Assembly: GCF_009914755.1 (NCBI RefSeq)
Contig: NC_060928.1
DNA length: 64,000 nucleotides
DNA from: the human T2T-CHM13v2.0 reference genome, Homo sapiens
Strand: one strand, 5' to 3'
Below the pieces are notes generated by a model. That model saw only the letters and a program-made list of their open reading frames with translations. It was not told the origin of the DNA and did no database searches. The translations under genes were made by a program, and so were the position numbers. The stretch's first letter is position 1; each line of letters starts with the position of its first letter. Shown piece by piece: positions 50,042-62,699 of the stretch.

Positions 50042-50458
50042 TGCTATGATTTGGCTCTGTGTCCCCACCCATATCTCATGTTGAGTTGTAATCTCCAATG
50101 TTGGTGGTGGAGCCTAGTGGGAGGTGATTGGATCACGGGGGTGGATCCTTCATGAATTGTTTAGCACCATCCCTTTGGTGTTATTTTCATGATAGTTAGT
50201 TCTTGTGAGATCTGGTTGTTTAAAAGTGTGTAGTACCTCCTACCTTGCTCACTGTCTTGCTCTTGCTTTCACCATGTGAAGTGCCTGCTCCTGCTTTGCC
50301 TTCCACCATGAGTAAGTGCTCCCTGAGGCCTCCCAGAAGCAGAGGCCATTATGCTTCCTGTATAGCCTGCAGAACCATAAGCCAATTAAGCCTCTTTTCT
50401 TTATAAATTACCCAGTCTCAGGTATTTCTTTATAGCAATGCAAGGACAGAATAATACA
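50042..50458 (+). mobile_element. MaLR solo LTR (MSTA-like)
   Basis: tttggctctgtgtccccaccca...ataaattacccagtctcaggtatttctttatagcaatg...taataca. Confidence 0.85.
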
Positions 50459-50999
50459 CCATGCTTGTCAAGAAAACTTTTAGTAATAATTTTGTTTTCC
50501 AAGTAGCATTTCTGACAGGAAGATAGCACACTGACTAGTTGACATCAGTCTCCTGGAACATAACCACACTAAGGTGTGCTGATGATATTTCTGGATATGT
50601 AAAGATATGGACCTATTCCTGGATTGTGGTGATCCCATTAAAGCAATGTCACTCAGTGAGGCCTTACAGGAATGGCAGCTGGCTTGTCCTAACGACATTA
50701 CATTTAATTAAGCAAACATTTATTGAGTACCATGTATCCTATATTACTGGTGCCGAGGGGAAAAGGTGAATATATGGTTTATGTCATAATAGTTTATGCC
50801 ATAAACAGTTCCCACCAGAGAAAGCAGTTCTACCTGGTTCCTCTCTAACTTTAAAACTTTGATCAAAAAATACCTCTATCATCTCATTCTCAAAAAAGTG
50901 TGATTTTTTTCAGGCCAAAATTAAGGGTCTTCTACACTTATATTAAACATTAGCTTATTAGATTTGGCCTATTATCTTTTCAGATTTTGATTTGTCACT

Positions 51000-52800
51000 G
51001 ACACATTCAACATATACCTACTTAGTGACTACCATGCCAGACCCTATTAGATGATGAGACACAGAGGTGAATGACACATACACAATCAATGCCCTCAACG
51101 TTTTTTAGAGAAGACAGTTAAGCAATTACAATAAAATGATAATGTTCAAAATGAACATTACAGTGAGCTATGAGAGTGCTTAATAGGGAGGTGAAAGCAA
51201 TTAAGATGAAAACTGAAAGAAGAAAAGGAGTTAACCAGGCAAAGGAGTCAGAACAGAAGAAGGGAAGGGAGAGGAAACAGGCAGAGGGAAGAGACTATAA
51301 AGGCACTGAAGGCAAGAAGAACATATAGAAACTGAAAGCGAAGAGCAGAACGTGAGGAGTGCAGCTGTGAGAGATGAAGTTAAAAGACAGATGAATCAGA
51401 AAAGCCTAGTAATCCATGGTAAGGAGTTTGGGCTTCACTTCAAAGCAAGAGGAAGACACTGGAAGAGTTTATGCAGCCATGGGTGTGGGGAGGGGCAATA
51501 GAACTGGCACAGTGCTCTCTGTGGTTAGGTAAGAATCACTCCGTGTGTACTTTAGAGAACACATTAAAGCAGAAGATTAGAGTGAGGCAGGCTAAGCAGG
51601 AGGCTATTCAGGACTCCAGGCAGAAGATGATCTGGGCTAAGGCGATGGGATCTTAGTCATCAAGATGGACCAACAGAACAGATTCAAAACGTATTTGAAA
51701 ACTAGACTAGTAGACTGTTCAATTAAGTTTGTGGGGAGAGTGTCAAAACAGAAGGAAGAACAGTTTCTTAGTTTTCTGAGTTAAGTGATTCTTGACCAAA
51801 CAGGAGATCATAGAGCCAATTACTGAGCCAGAGTGGAACTGGGGATGCACAGACTCATTTTTCTTGGGAAAGATGATGAGTTTGAGGTATCTGCAAGGCC
51901 TCCAACTAGAGATACTGTGATAGCTGGATTTATGGGACTGAAACTCAGAATAGGGTCTGGACAGTGAAAACAGCTGAGTAGTCCTCAGCATATAGCTTGG
52001 TGTGGTGATTTACTGCTACAGAAAATAAGTTAAGAAATGTAGACTATAGATTGAAGCTTATTGAAGGCTAGATGAAAACAATTTCAATAGATGACTAGTG
52101 TGAAAGTTAAATTGGAGTACATGGAGGGCTGAGTAAGGAGGGAAAAGAGGCAATTTGGACAAGTCTTTCCAGAAGTCTAGCTGTAAAGAGGAGGAGACAA
52201 ACAACAGCAGCAATGTAAGAAGAATGAAAGTGTGGTAAATGGAGTTCGTTGTTTTTGGTTTTGTTGTTTGCTTTGTTTTGAAAGAATCTTGAGGATTCTT
52301 AAAATTCATAGAAAAGAGGCAAAAGGGGGTCACAGGAATAGAGATTTAGTAAAGAGAAGGAATTTTACCTGTTGCAACTAAAGAGGCAGCAGGGAAGAAG
52401 CCCTAGCACAGCTAGAGGGTTTAACTTGTAGAACAGCAGAGGGTAGGTATCTCTTTATTGTAAAAGAAGAGCAGAGGTTATAGTAGGTACAGATGAACAT
52501 AGGCTTGAATGCTTGATGTTGGAAAGTTGAAGACATTTTCATGTAAGACTTTCTCTTTTCTCTGTTTTGTAGAACATGAAGAATTTTACTAAAATGAGGG
52601 GAAGATGGGTGCAGAGGAAGGGGAAAGTCAGTGATTGGGAACCTGTGTTACGACTATTGGGAAAGAGTCTAAGTTGGTGAAGGGTCTGAGATTACCACAC
52701 TTTCAAGATGACAAGTCGGCCTGCCACACATTCAAGTATGCTGGCAGAAGGCTCAAGAGTCCTGGATCCTGGATGAATGAGCTATGACGATGTGGATGGC
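51000..52800 (-). mobile_element. Degraded L2 LINE
   Basis: cattcaaca...tgccaga...aaggagtttgggcttcac...aagtctagctgtaaaga, the purine-rich L2 antisense pattern. Confidence 0.6.
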
Positions 52801-53624
52801 TGGATGTCAGGAGAAGATGATGTCAGTGTTTGGGGATCCTCAATAGTTGAAGGTTTTTGTTTTGTTTTGTTTTGTTTTTGCCAAAAACTTTTGGAAGAGC
52901 ATTGTAATAGAATGTTATTGTCTCTTTCTTTTTAACTCATTAAAGTGTTGCCACAGATGTTGTAAAAAAAAAAAAAAAAAAAAAAAGAGTCCTGGATCAG
53001 AGCCAAAGGATTTTACCACTCATAGAACAGCAAGCAGCCTAAGCATGATGTTGGTGTCATTTCCCCTTGTCCCCAAGTCAAGCAGGTGATGCAGATGGGC
53101 TCGAATGGATGCCTGCAGAAGCAGTGGACTGCATTCCAGGAAAGGAATACTGAGCTTAGGGAACCTGAATCTTTTATAACAGGCAGAAAGCAAAGCTGCC
53201 CTTTGTTCCAGAGTTGAGAACAAAAGGCAGTCAGTGCCTCTGCTGACAAAATGTATAGAAATATGAGACACAGAGAGAACTGTCGCCCAACAGAGGAACT
53301 GTCCCGCAGACCAACCCAGTTGATATTGGTCATCTAAACATATGAGTTATCAAGCCCATTATTGCTCCCATCAAATACCACCACTGAGCTAATATTTCCA
53401 TACAAGGAAATGATGATAATATAATCATTTTGAAATGACCAGAAAAACTTCTCTCCAAGATGACATTGATTGCCTAACACTTCATGAACACTATCATTTA
53501 AACAAGATTCTAACCAACTGAAGTGACTTCTAACTCATAATTTATTTACTCTCTTTGTTGTCTTAAAATGGGTGAATCTGCTAAATATCTTTTTGAAATC
53601 TAGATCCTCACTAGATTGAAATGT

Positions 53625-53961
53625 GATCTAAGCGCCAGCAACATTGATTTCACCTGGAAGCTTGTGAGAACTAGCTGAATATCAGACTCCGCCCCAGAAC
53701 TACTATGTCATAATCTGCATCTTAGCAAGATCCCCAGGTAATTTGTAGGCATATTAAAATTTTAAAAAATGGATTTAGATTCTAGAGCAGAGGTTGGCAA
53801 ACTTTTTCTGTGTAAGGCCAAGTAATAATTATTTTAGCCTTTGCAGGGACACTTCTGCAATTACTCAACTCTGCTATTGTACCTGGAAAGCAGCCAAAGA
53901 CAATAGGTAAACAAATTGGCATGGTAAGATTTGCCCAAGGGCCATAGTTTGCAGATCTCTG
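53625..53961. mobile_element. MER5-like fragment followed by MER58A-like MITE (53788-53961)
   Basis: MER5 motif aatctgcat...aagatccccaggt; MER58 ends cagaggttggcaaact / agtttgcagatctctg. Confidence 0.7.
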
Positions 53962-55944
53962 CTCTGAAGTATTGCTTTGAATTAGAAATTATATTTCAAA
54001 CAGAAATAAGTGTAACAAACTTGTTTTTAATAACTTGGCTTTGAGTGAACCCACGCTGGCTTCTAAACATCACACCATGTTCCTTTGTAACTCCTTACAA
54101 CCCACTATTTAATGACCCATTCTTTAATTTTTCTTTAGACTGATATCAAAATTACTAGTTAATAGTGTGTACAATCCACTTTCTTCCTCTTTTTGGTATT
54201 TGCAGTGATGTTTGCACATTCCCAGCAGCTGTTGATTCTGCTCCTTCCCTTTATGATTTGTCAAAGATAGTGATTCAGGAATCTCAAATGTCAGTTTTCT
54301 CAGGATCCTATGATGTAATTTTTCTGGGCCAGCAGATAGTCCGCCTATCTTGGACCTGCTTTCCTTTGTCAATATTTACTTTACCATTTCTAATCTAAAG
54401 TTGGTTCTCCTTTACAAGGATAATGGAAGCAAAGGGATGGAGATCAGTGCAGAGGGGGAAATTAAAGATGCTGAATAGCAGACAGAATGTGTGGGGTTTA
54501 GGGCTCTAATATCTAGAGCTATATAAAAGAGGACAGAAAAATATAAGAACACAAAAGTGGAATAATATGTACATTGCTGATTAGAACTAATATAGTGATA
54601 TATGTTAAAGATGAAAAACAGCATTCAAACTCATGACTTCTCTTTTTTGTTTTTAACTGAAAAAGCAAACCTTCAGGCAATGTAAACTCATAGAACTGTA
54701 TTACATTAATTTGGCTTTTTCTATCCAGGTTAAGAGTGACAAAAACAATTTGAAATTTAATTAGAGCCCAGGGCAACAGAGATGTGGGAACTTTCTATCA
54801 TTTTCCAAAAGATTTTCATGTAAACATCTTCTAAGTTTTAGATTTAACAGGCAATAAATAATTTTCTAAAGAAGTTTCTTAAAAATGCTTATTTGCAGAG
54901 TATATATTAGACCAAGGAGGAAGCAAAAGGAAACTAAATCAAAATTTATTTTTTGAAGACTAGAGTATAAAGACATAAGCTTTCACAGTGAAAGTAAGAC
55001 CTAACAGAGCTCACTTTGGCCTGCATGCCTCCACCATGGGCACACAGCTACAATCTGAGGTTGCAGTTTTATTTTCCCTGAGAACACATGGAGCAGCCAA
55101 TTATTAGTAGCACTGCAAACATTACACACAAGATACACAGCTCTCTTAAAATGTCAAGAGGATCATTTCACATTATCCAATGGTCAGCCAAAGTTCCTAT
55201 GGCCTGAATATTATACATAGGAGCTTGTAGTATTTCTTGCTTTAGAATCATGGTTCAGTTGATATAAAACACCACCATCATAAAAATAGCCAATATTTAT
55301 TGAGGTATATTATGTACTAGGAACTGTGCTAAGTACATTACAAACATTATCTAATTTAAAATTCTGGTAAGTAAATTGATTATCCTAATTTTATAGGTGA
55401 GAATAGAAAAGAGGCTTATAGAGACTAACCTAAGGAAGTGTCAGAAGATAGAACTCAACAAAAGGAATAAAAACAAAGTTGAGAGATCAGGAGATGGTCT
55501 GAGTTGTTAAAAAGAAAAAAATGTGCAAAGGAGGAAGCAGAAAATTTAAAAGAAAAAGATATTTAAGAAACAGATTGTAGAAAATTAATGTAAAATATAT
55601 AATATTAATTAAAATTAGAGTCAACGATTACATATATAACTTGCCACTGGTGTTGGAATACATGAAAATAAGGCACTAAGTAACTCTCTTAGGTCACTAG
55701 AGTAACATGGATGTTTTTTCCCACTGGTTTAAAAGATTTAATGTGTATCTGCCATTCTGCTCATTGATGTCTGTAACACAACAGTGCCTGGCAAATATTA
55801 GGCATGCAATAATTTTTTTTGCTGAATGAAAGAACAAATGAATAGATGAATGTGTGTCCACAAATGTTTCTCTCATGGAGCAGCATATCCATTTGATAAG
55901 AAACACACACACTTTCTGAAATGTTTTAAAACCCTTGTGTTTGT

Positions 55945-56200
55945 AATAATAATGAGACTAGTTGACATTTATTGAATGCCTACTGTGTATATGTCAGCAA
56001 CTGTTCTATGCTCTTTATATTTACTAACTCATTTGGTCCTCACAACAAACCTATGAGAAAGCTGCCACTACAATTCTCATTTTACAGAGGAGAAAATTGA
56101 GGTACATAGACAAGGAATTGTTCAGAATTCCCAAGCAGTAAGTGGCAGAATGGGAAGCAAGTCATGCAGTCTGGTTCCAGAATCCAAGATCTCTACCATT
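55945..56200 (-). mobile_element. MIR
   Basis: acatttattgaatgcctactgtgt...cctcacaacaaacctatgag...cattttacagaggagaaaattgagg. Several other MIRs exist, e.g. ~9600-9930 and ~63545-63770. Confidence 0.75.
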
Positions 56201-57331
56201 GTGTTGATATACTGGATAGGAGTTCTTTAAGAATTTAGAGAAATCAAAGAATTCTAGCTGAAAGAGACATTAGGGATAATGTGTTACCTCACTTTACAAA
56301 CTGAAAAGTTGATGCCCAAGGAGGCAATGTCTCTCACTCTTGGGTGCAGAGTTAGTGGAAACACAAGGAGTAGCATTTTAGTGTCTCAAATTCCCTGCCC
56401 AGTTCTTTATTTCTGATACCACACTGCCTCCTACAAACCACTTGAGTAGAACAAAGCTCACATATGGAAGATCTGAAAGCAGTTACTCAGCACTATATTA
56501 TTTACCATACATATAAAGCAACAAAACAAAACAAAACAAAAACACATAGATGATAAAATTAGAACAGATTAGAGGAAGGTTTTTAAAAGAGATTAAATCT
56601 TGAAATAGGCACTTTCATCCCTACCCTAAAAGGCCCATGAATTACCAACAAGACTATGGGAGAACATTTTTGAAAAAGCAAGGCAGAGACGTGGAATATG
56701 GAGGAGGGGGATAGTATGAAGTTCAATGAGGATAGAGAAAGGAGGCAATGGAAAGTGACTTGAGGGAGATTTGGGGAAGGGGCTTCTTATGTAGGCTCCT
56801 GGATGTTAAAATAAACTTCTAAAATAATCAAAAACTGATTCTCTTTTATATAAGACACTCAAAATAATGGTTTAATCAAAATCACTATTCAGATTTATAA
56901 CAGAACTTTAACATAAACAAACAAAAAACCCAGACCATGTCTACACATGTGAAATGAATAGGTTTGGCATAGCTCATCTATTCCTTTTGGACGTGTCTAA
57001 ATGATGGCACACACTGCTGTTAGATCTAGCTGTGACGATCAATACTGAGTATAAGATGGACACAATGAATGGAGACATCTGCACTACACTTGCCTTGTTT
57101 CATATTTCAATGGTCTGATTTACTCTGGTTTTTATAATATTCCTTAGCCAGAGCCATTCCTGCAGCTTAGAAAACCAGCTCTGAACTTTGTGACTCAGAG
57201 AGGCTTCAGTCAGGAGAAGGAGGTGGATTAACCAATGGTCCTAAGAAAGGTTTGCACCTCACATGAGCATCATTGGTCCACAGATCCTCCTGCCACCCCC
57301 AACACAAAGAGGCAGTAGGATCTGGGTATGC

Positions 57332-57833
57332 AGTTGCTTCCTTCCCTATCTACCTCTCACCATTGACACCAATTTTAAACAGGTTTCTCCCTAATAACAT
57401 GTTTATTTATTATTTTTTCTCCAAGCCTAATCTACCAGATAAGGCATTTATTTTTTCTCATATCCTCACTTCTACTGACATGTTTTCCTGCCTTTTTATA
57501 GTTTCATTTGTCGTTTTTTTTTTTTTAAATTTACTTTAAGTTCCAGGATACATGTGCGGGATGTGCAGGTTTGTTACATAGGTATACATGTGTCATGGTG
57601 GTCTGCTGCACCTATCAACCCATCATCTAGGTTTTAAGCTCCGCATGCATTAGATATTTGTCCTAATGCTCTCCCTCCCCTTGTCCCCCACCCCGACAGG
57701 TCCCGGTGTGTGATAACATGTTTATTTTTATTAAATATCAGTAGTTGCTTCTTTCCCTATCTACCTCTCACCAATGACACCAATTTTAAACAGGTTTCTC
57801 CTTAATAATATGTTTATTTTTATTAAATATCAG
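57332..57833 (+). repeat. 92-bp tandem duplication, first copy split by the L1PA8 insertion
   Basis: Copy 1 = 57332-57408 + 57728-57742; copy 2 = 57743-57833; about 4 mismatches. Confidence 0.9.
57409..57712 (-). mobile_element. 5'-truncated L1PA8-like 3' end with ~95-bp 3' transduction
   Basis: L1 3'UTR at 57527-57712, poly(T) at 57514-57526, non-L1 segment at 57419-57513, then a second T-rich tail. TSD ATAACATGTTTATTT at 57394-57408 and 57713-57727. Confidence 0.85.
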
Positions 57834-58187
57834 GGGGTAGGAGAAGAAAAACATATATGTGTGATTGGGGTCTTAACAACCTAGAGATGCATCCTAGACT
57901 CTGAATCTCTCTAAGGCAGTGCTCTCCAAAGCCTGATGGAACTCTCAAGGGCAGAAGGAAAGGCAATAATAGCAAAAGGAAGAAGACTGTCTTATCAGTT
58001 TATAAGAACTGGTCAATGGACTTTTTTTGGTATAAAAAGTTCAACAACTAATAGAACAAGCAAATCACTTCGCCATAATCAAATTTCACCTTATGACCCA
58101 GGCTCTAGCAAATGCAGGCTCTAGTAAAAAACAAAGACCCAGGCTCTAGCAAAAATGCAAAGGCTCTAGCACAAAACAAAAAACAAA

Positions 58188-58236
58188 ATATATATATACA
58201 CATATACATATATATGTGTGTGTGTGTATATATATA

Positions 58237-58267
<31 letters not shown>
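58188..58267. repeat. Compound microsatellite (TA)n(TG)n(TA)n(GA)n
   Basis: Directly visible. Confidence 0.95.
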
Positions 58268-58269
<2 letters not shown>

Positions 58270-60272
58270 ATTAGACTTTTAGACTTTTAACCTGGACATT
58301 TCTATGGTGAATTATTAAAAACAGTACTGAGTCATTTTTAGTTACATAGGTATATACAGCTAATTTTCCTTAATGTTTCAGTAGAGACTTATCCCAATAA
58401 AATTACTTCTAGACCTTAGCCATTGGGTGTTGTTACTAAGGAATTTTTAATAAGAAATAGCCAAGACTTTATATTAGAAATGGATGTACATATATTCATA
58501 TCAGACATTTATTTTTAAATATCTTCTGCTAATCATTTCAATATCTTCAGAATTTAAAAGTGCCAGAGAGCAAGAAGCAATCATCTGGTAAATCACATCA
58601 ATGGATTTACCTAAGTCTTTAAGGAAATTGAAAATCTATGTTAACATAATTTTTCTAGTTCCCCAGTAGAGGGCAACTTCTACACACTTTGACAGTTTAA
58701 AAAAAAATCTATGCACAGCACATTAGTATGAATCACTGCATGTTTAAAATAAAACAATATAACTTATGCTTATGAATGGATTTTCACTAACAGTAGCTTA
58801 TAAAATGTCATGGAATTTTAAATTAGTAGTTAGGAATTGAATATATGTAATGAGTAATTAGCATTTTATGATTAATATAAGTATAATTGCAGGAACTTTA
58901 AAAGTAGCAACCATTAGGTCACTAAGATAGAATTATCAGGAATTTAAATAAAAGAGGGAAATGATCACAGTATTGTTCTTTAGTAACCATTTGGATTGAA
59001 TTTCAATATAACTGAGTTCCAAATATAGCTAATATGTTGCATAAAATATTTTATTAAGAATAGGCAAAACCAAACCCCCCCAAAACCAAAAATGGCCATA
59101 CACAAACATTTGAAAGTATAATTTAGAGTTTTTGATATTCTGTATTTTGAACTAACTTGAATCAGTGTTAGTGTTTTAATAACATCAGACATAAGAATGT
59201 AACCATGCACACATATGTTTATACATAAATAGGATAAAATTTCACCATAATACATCTCATTATTACATAGTATTCTATATAGTAGTTGGACACAATATAA
59301 TATGTCCTCATTCATTCATTCAATGCTAATTTACTGAGCACTTATTATGTGCCAGATACAATTCCAGAAGTCAAGGATACAGTGTGACAAAAGTTCTCTG
59401 CCTTCTTGGGGCTTACATGTTCTATTAAAAAGTAATGTATGGTAAAGCCTTCTAAAAAGACAAATCTATGAGATGGATGCTAACCTTATAACACTAGTTT
59501 TTTATTTAAAAATTTGGCTTTGTTTTTAATACAGAAAATATTATAAGGAACAATGAAATGGTTCATAATCTTAAAACACAAATAACCCTTGTCGGCCTTA
59601 AACAAAGTTATACATGAATCTCATTAGAAAATTTTTAGTTGTATAGAAAAGTACAAAGAAAAATTGAAAATTTCTAGCTCCCTCTCAACTCAGAAACATT
59701 AGCAATTTCTTGTAATTCCTTACAGAAAAAAAACAGTATCCACCCATTCCTCTACCCACCTACTCATCCATCTAGCCTAGCGTTCTTAACTTATTCAAAT
59801 TTATACAGTTTTCTTAAGATAATCATACTATACACAGTATTCTGTACATAGCTTTATCTTTTCCCACTTCTCTATATTTCCTGGAGCTCTTTCCATAAAA
59901 GAATATATAAGCACACCTCATTCTTTTATTTGACTGATTTTATTTTTTAATGTAGAAGTATTTTATCTATCTCTAAATATCTCACAATTCTAGTTTAAAA
60001 AGTGATTATACAGTTTTATCTGAAATTTATAAGAGCTGTTGTAGATAGTGTTAAAAGTATAAAGACTTAGAAATCATGACCTCCAAGAGGAAGCCTAAAA
60101 AATTACTTTTAATTTATTAGAGAACAGCAAATACAAGAAAAAAATAAGAAGAAATAAATATCTGTTTTGGACAAAAACCTTACCAATAGTTCTATTAGAT
60201 CACACACAACGTAACAATCTTTTAAGAATGTCTTTATATGTGAATTAGAAATACTAGTGAATTTTTTTACCA

Positions 60273-60308
60273 GTAAATTTTAATAATAGTACTATTATTA
60301 AAATTTAC
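60273..60308. repeat. Perfect 36-bp AT-rich palindrome
   Basis: GTAAATTTTAATAATAGT|ACTATTATTAAAATTTAC, no spacer. Confidence 0.95.
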
Positions 60309-61548
60309 AATCATCATTTTTTAGAGTTTCACTTAAATTTTTCAATAAAGCATGCAATAATTACTTTAGAGCATTCTATTTATAATACTACTTAAACCAT
60401 ATATTTGCTTCAGGGCCATATTTGATATTCAAATGTGATAAGAATTCTTAAATTTATAAAAATATTATGCAAAATAAAATACAGGGCACTAGGTGGTGCT
60501 GTGGGACCTTCCAGATAAACTAACACTGCAAAGGTATGCATTTGACAAATTAGTTGTGTGGTTGATTCTATATATTTAAATATACATTAAATATTTTTTA
60601 TAGATAAAACAGTGCACATAAATAAGAAGAGTAATATAATGAAAAAGCAAAGTTTTGATGGATGACCTCTTTGAGGAAGATACAACCCCGTTTCATAATC
60701 TCATACCCTAACTCCTGTGTTAAGCTATTAAAAAATCTTTATATAATAAATGTCATTTTTGAGGCATGCTTGTCAATCAACTATTATTTTCATTTACCTT
60801 TAAAGTTATTTTTTCATATGACCAAGAATTTAAAAGATGAATAATTATACATCCTTGTCAAACAATTTTCTATTAGGTGATTTCTTACAACACAGTACTG
60901 TAATCTTCTTGGGTTCTGTTTTTCTATTTTCCCCAGACATGACTGCTTGCTATAGAGCTACTAATTCAAATACTGACAGCCACCAGACTGGCAAGGTGAA
61001 TGTGCAGATTGGGCCACAAGTAAAATAATAGGAAGTGAGGGCAACTTAGGAAACCCAGAATATAGAAAGCACATCTGTGGTCTGCATGTGGCCTGTGGGC
61101 CACTCATCTGTGACCTCTTAAGTCCAACATGTTCCTAACCATTTATCTATGAGTGACACATCTCAAAGATAACCTACAAATTTCAGTTCAAATGAAGGAG
61201 TGTAAATGCTTCTCAATTGTCCTTCTACAATGTTTAATCACTTATGTATGTCCTTCCTTAAAGAACAGAAAATATTAATGATGTGGGAGATAAACTAGTG
61301 GTCAAGAGCATTACTCGTCCATGATGAGCTACTGATTTAAAGAGAAGTACAGATTTAGTAGTCTTTTTATGGGCATGGTCTTCCTCTTCCCTGCAGGCAC
61401 TTTCATGATTGTGAAGTACAATAATAAAGTACTTAATATTGAATTGATAGAAATATATGTTTAACATCAATAAAAAAAGGATAGAATTTATTCCCACTAG
61501 TAGTGATGGTGGAACTTAATATTACAGGTACAAGGTAAGAATGAAAAT

Positions 61549-61624
61549 GAATTTTTAACAAATTCAACAAAACTCATCTAAAGGAATTTTTTAAACAAAT
61601 TCAACAAAACTCATCTAAAGGAAT
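61549..61624 (+). repeat. ~36-bp tandem duplication
   Basis: aacaaattcaacaaaactcatctaaaggaat occurs twice, adjacent. Confidence 0.9.
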
Positions 61625-62230
61625 GTTGTTCTTCGAGTCTGTCAATCAGAGAAGCAAAACTCATTTTTAAATGATGCATCATTCCAAATGTTTTTAGCTG
61701 CCCTCAGAAAGCGTTTGTGTGCTACATAAGAAAATAAGATAAAATCATGTCATTTCTGACCCGGAAGAGACCACAGAGATTAACAATCTCCCATTACTTT
61801 AGCTTCACCTCACAAATCAGTTCTTGAAAGATAAACACAGTTAAGTTGCAGTATCTAAGTGGGTCTTTGTTACAGAAAATGAAGTGACCGGATGCTCACG
61901 GGAAGCTATGCAGAAATCACAGTTTACTTTGAATGGAGACTATGCCTTACACCAGTAACCAATGCAAAAATATCACGTTTCAAGAATTTTCAATGTTGTC
62001 TAAACACTCACAGGAATCTCTACCAACACTACAAATCATTTGGAATTTTTAGAGGGTTTAATTGGTTCAAACAGATACACGGAAGAAGCGGTGAAAAGCA
62101 GAACTAGGTTAGAGCCACGCTGCCTGAATTCTTTTCATTTCACTTGTAGACTACCTGAAATGCCATCTTGGATGATAGTCTTTTTGGCTTAATAAGCATC
62201 TATTTTAAAATTGCATGTTTTCTTTTGAAG

Positions 62231-62699
62231 TAGTAGTTTTCACGGTGTGGCCTGGGGACCTACGGGTTCCTAAGACCTTTTGGAGGGCTCGGTGAGACAA
62301 AAACTACTTTCATTATATTACTAACACATTATTTGCCTTTTTACTCTCATTCTCTTGCAGTTATATAGTGGAGTTTTCCAGAGGCTACATGACATGTGAT
62401 ATCAAAAGAGATTTGATACACCAACAGTTTTATGTTAAGCCAGGCATTAAAGAGATTTGCAAAATGCAAAACAATAGTACTCTTCCCACTAGTTTTTGTT
62501 TGGGAAAATATAGTGATATTTCATAAAAATGTGCAAATTTACATATGATGAAGTTATTATTTTTAAATGAATTAATAATTTTCCAGCTTTAATTTCAAAT
62601 GTGATCAATAGATAAATATCACCCATATAAACAACTGTTCTCTCTGGTCGTCAGCAAATTTTAAGACTGTAAAGGAGTTCGAAAAGTTGGAGAACACTG
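62231..62699. mobile_element. Charlie4a-like hAT DNA transposon relic
   Basis: tttgcctttttactctcattctc...gtggagttttccagaggctacatgacatgtgat; terminal gagaacactg. Confidence 0.7.
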
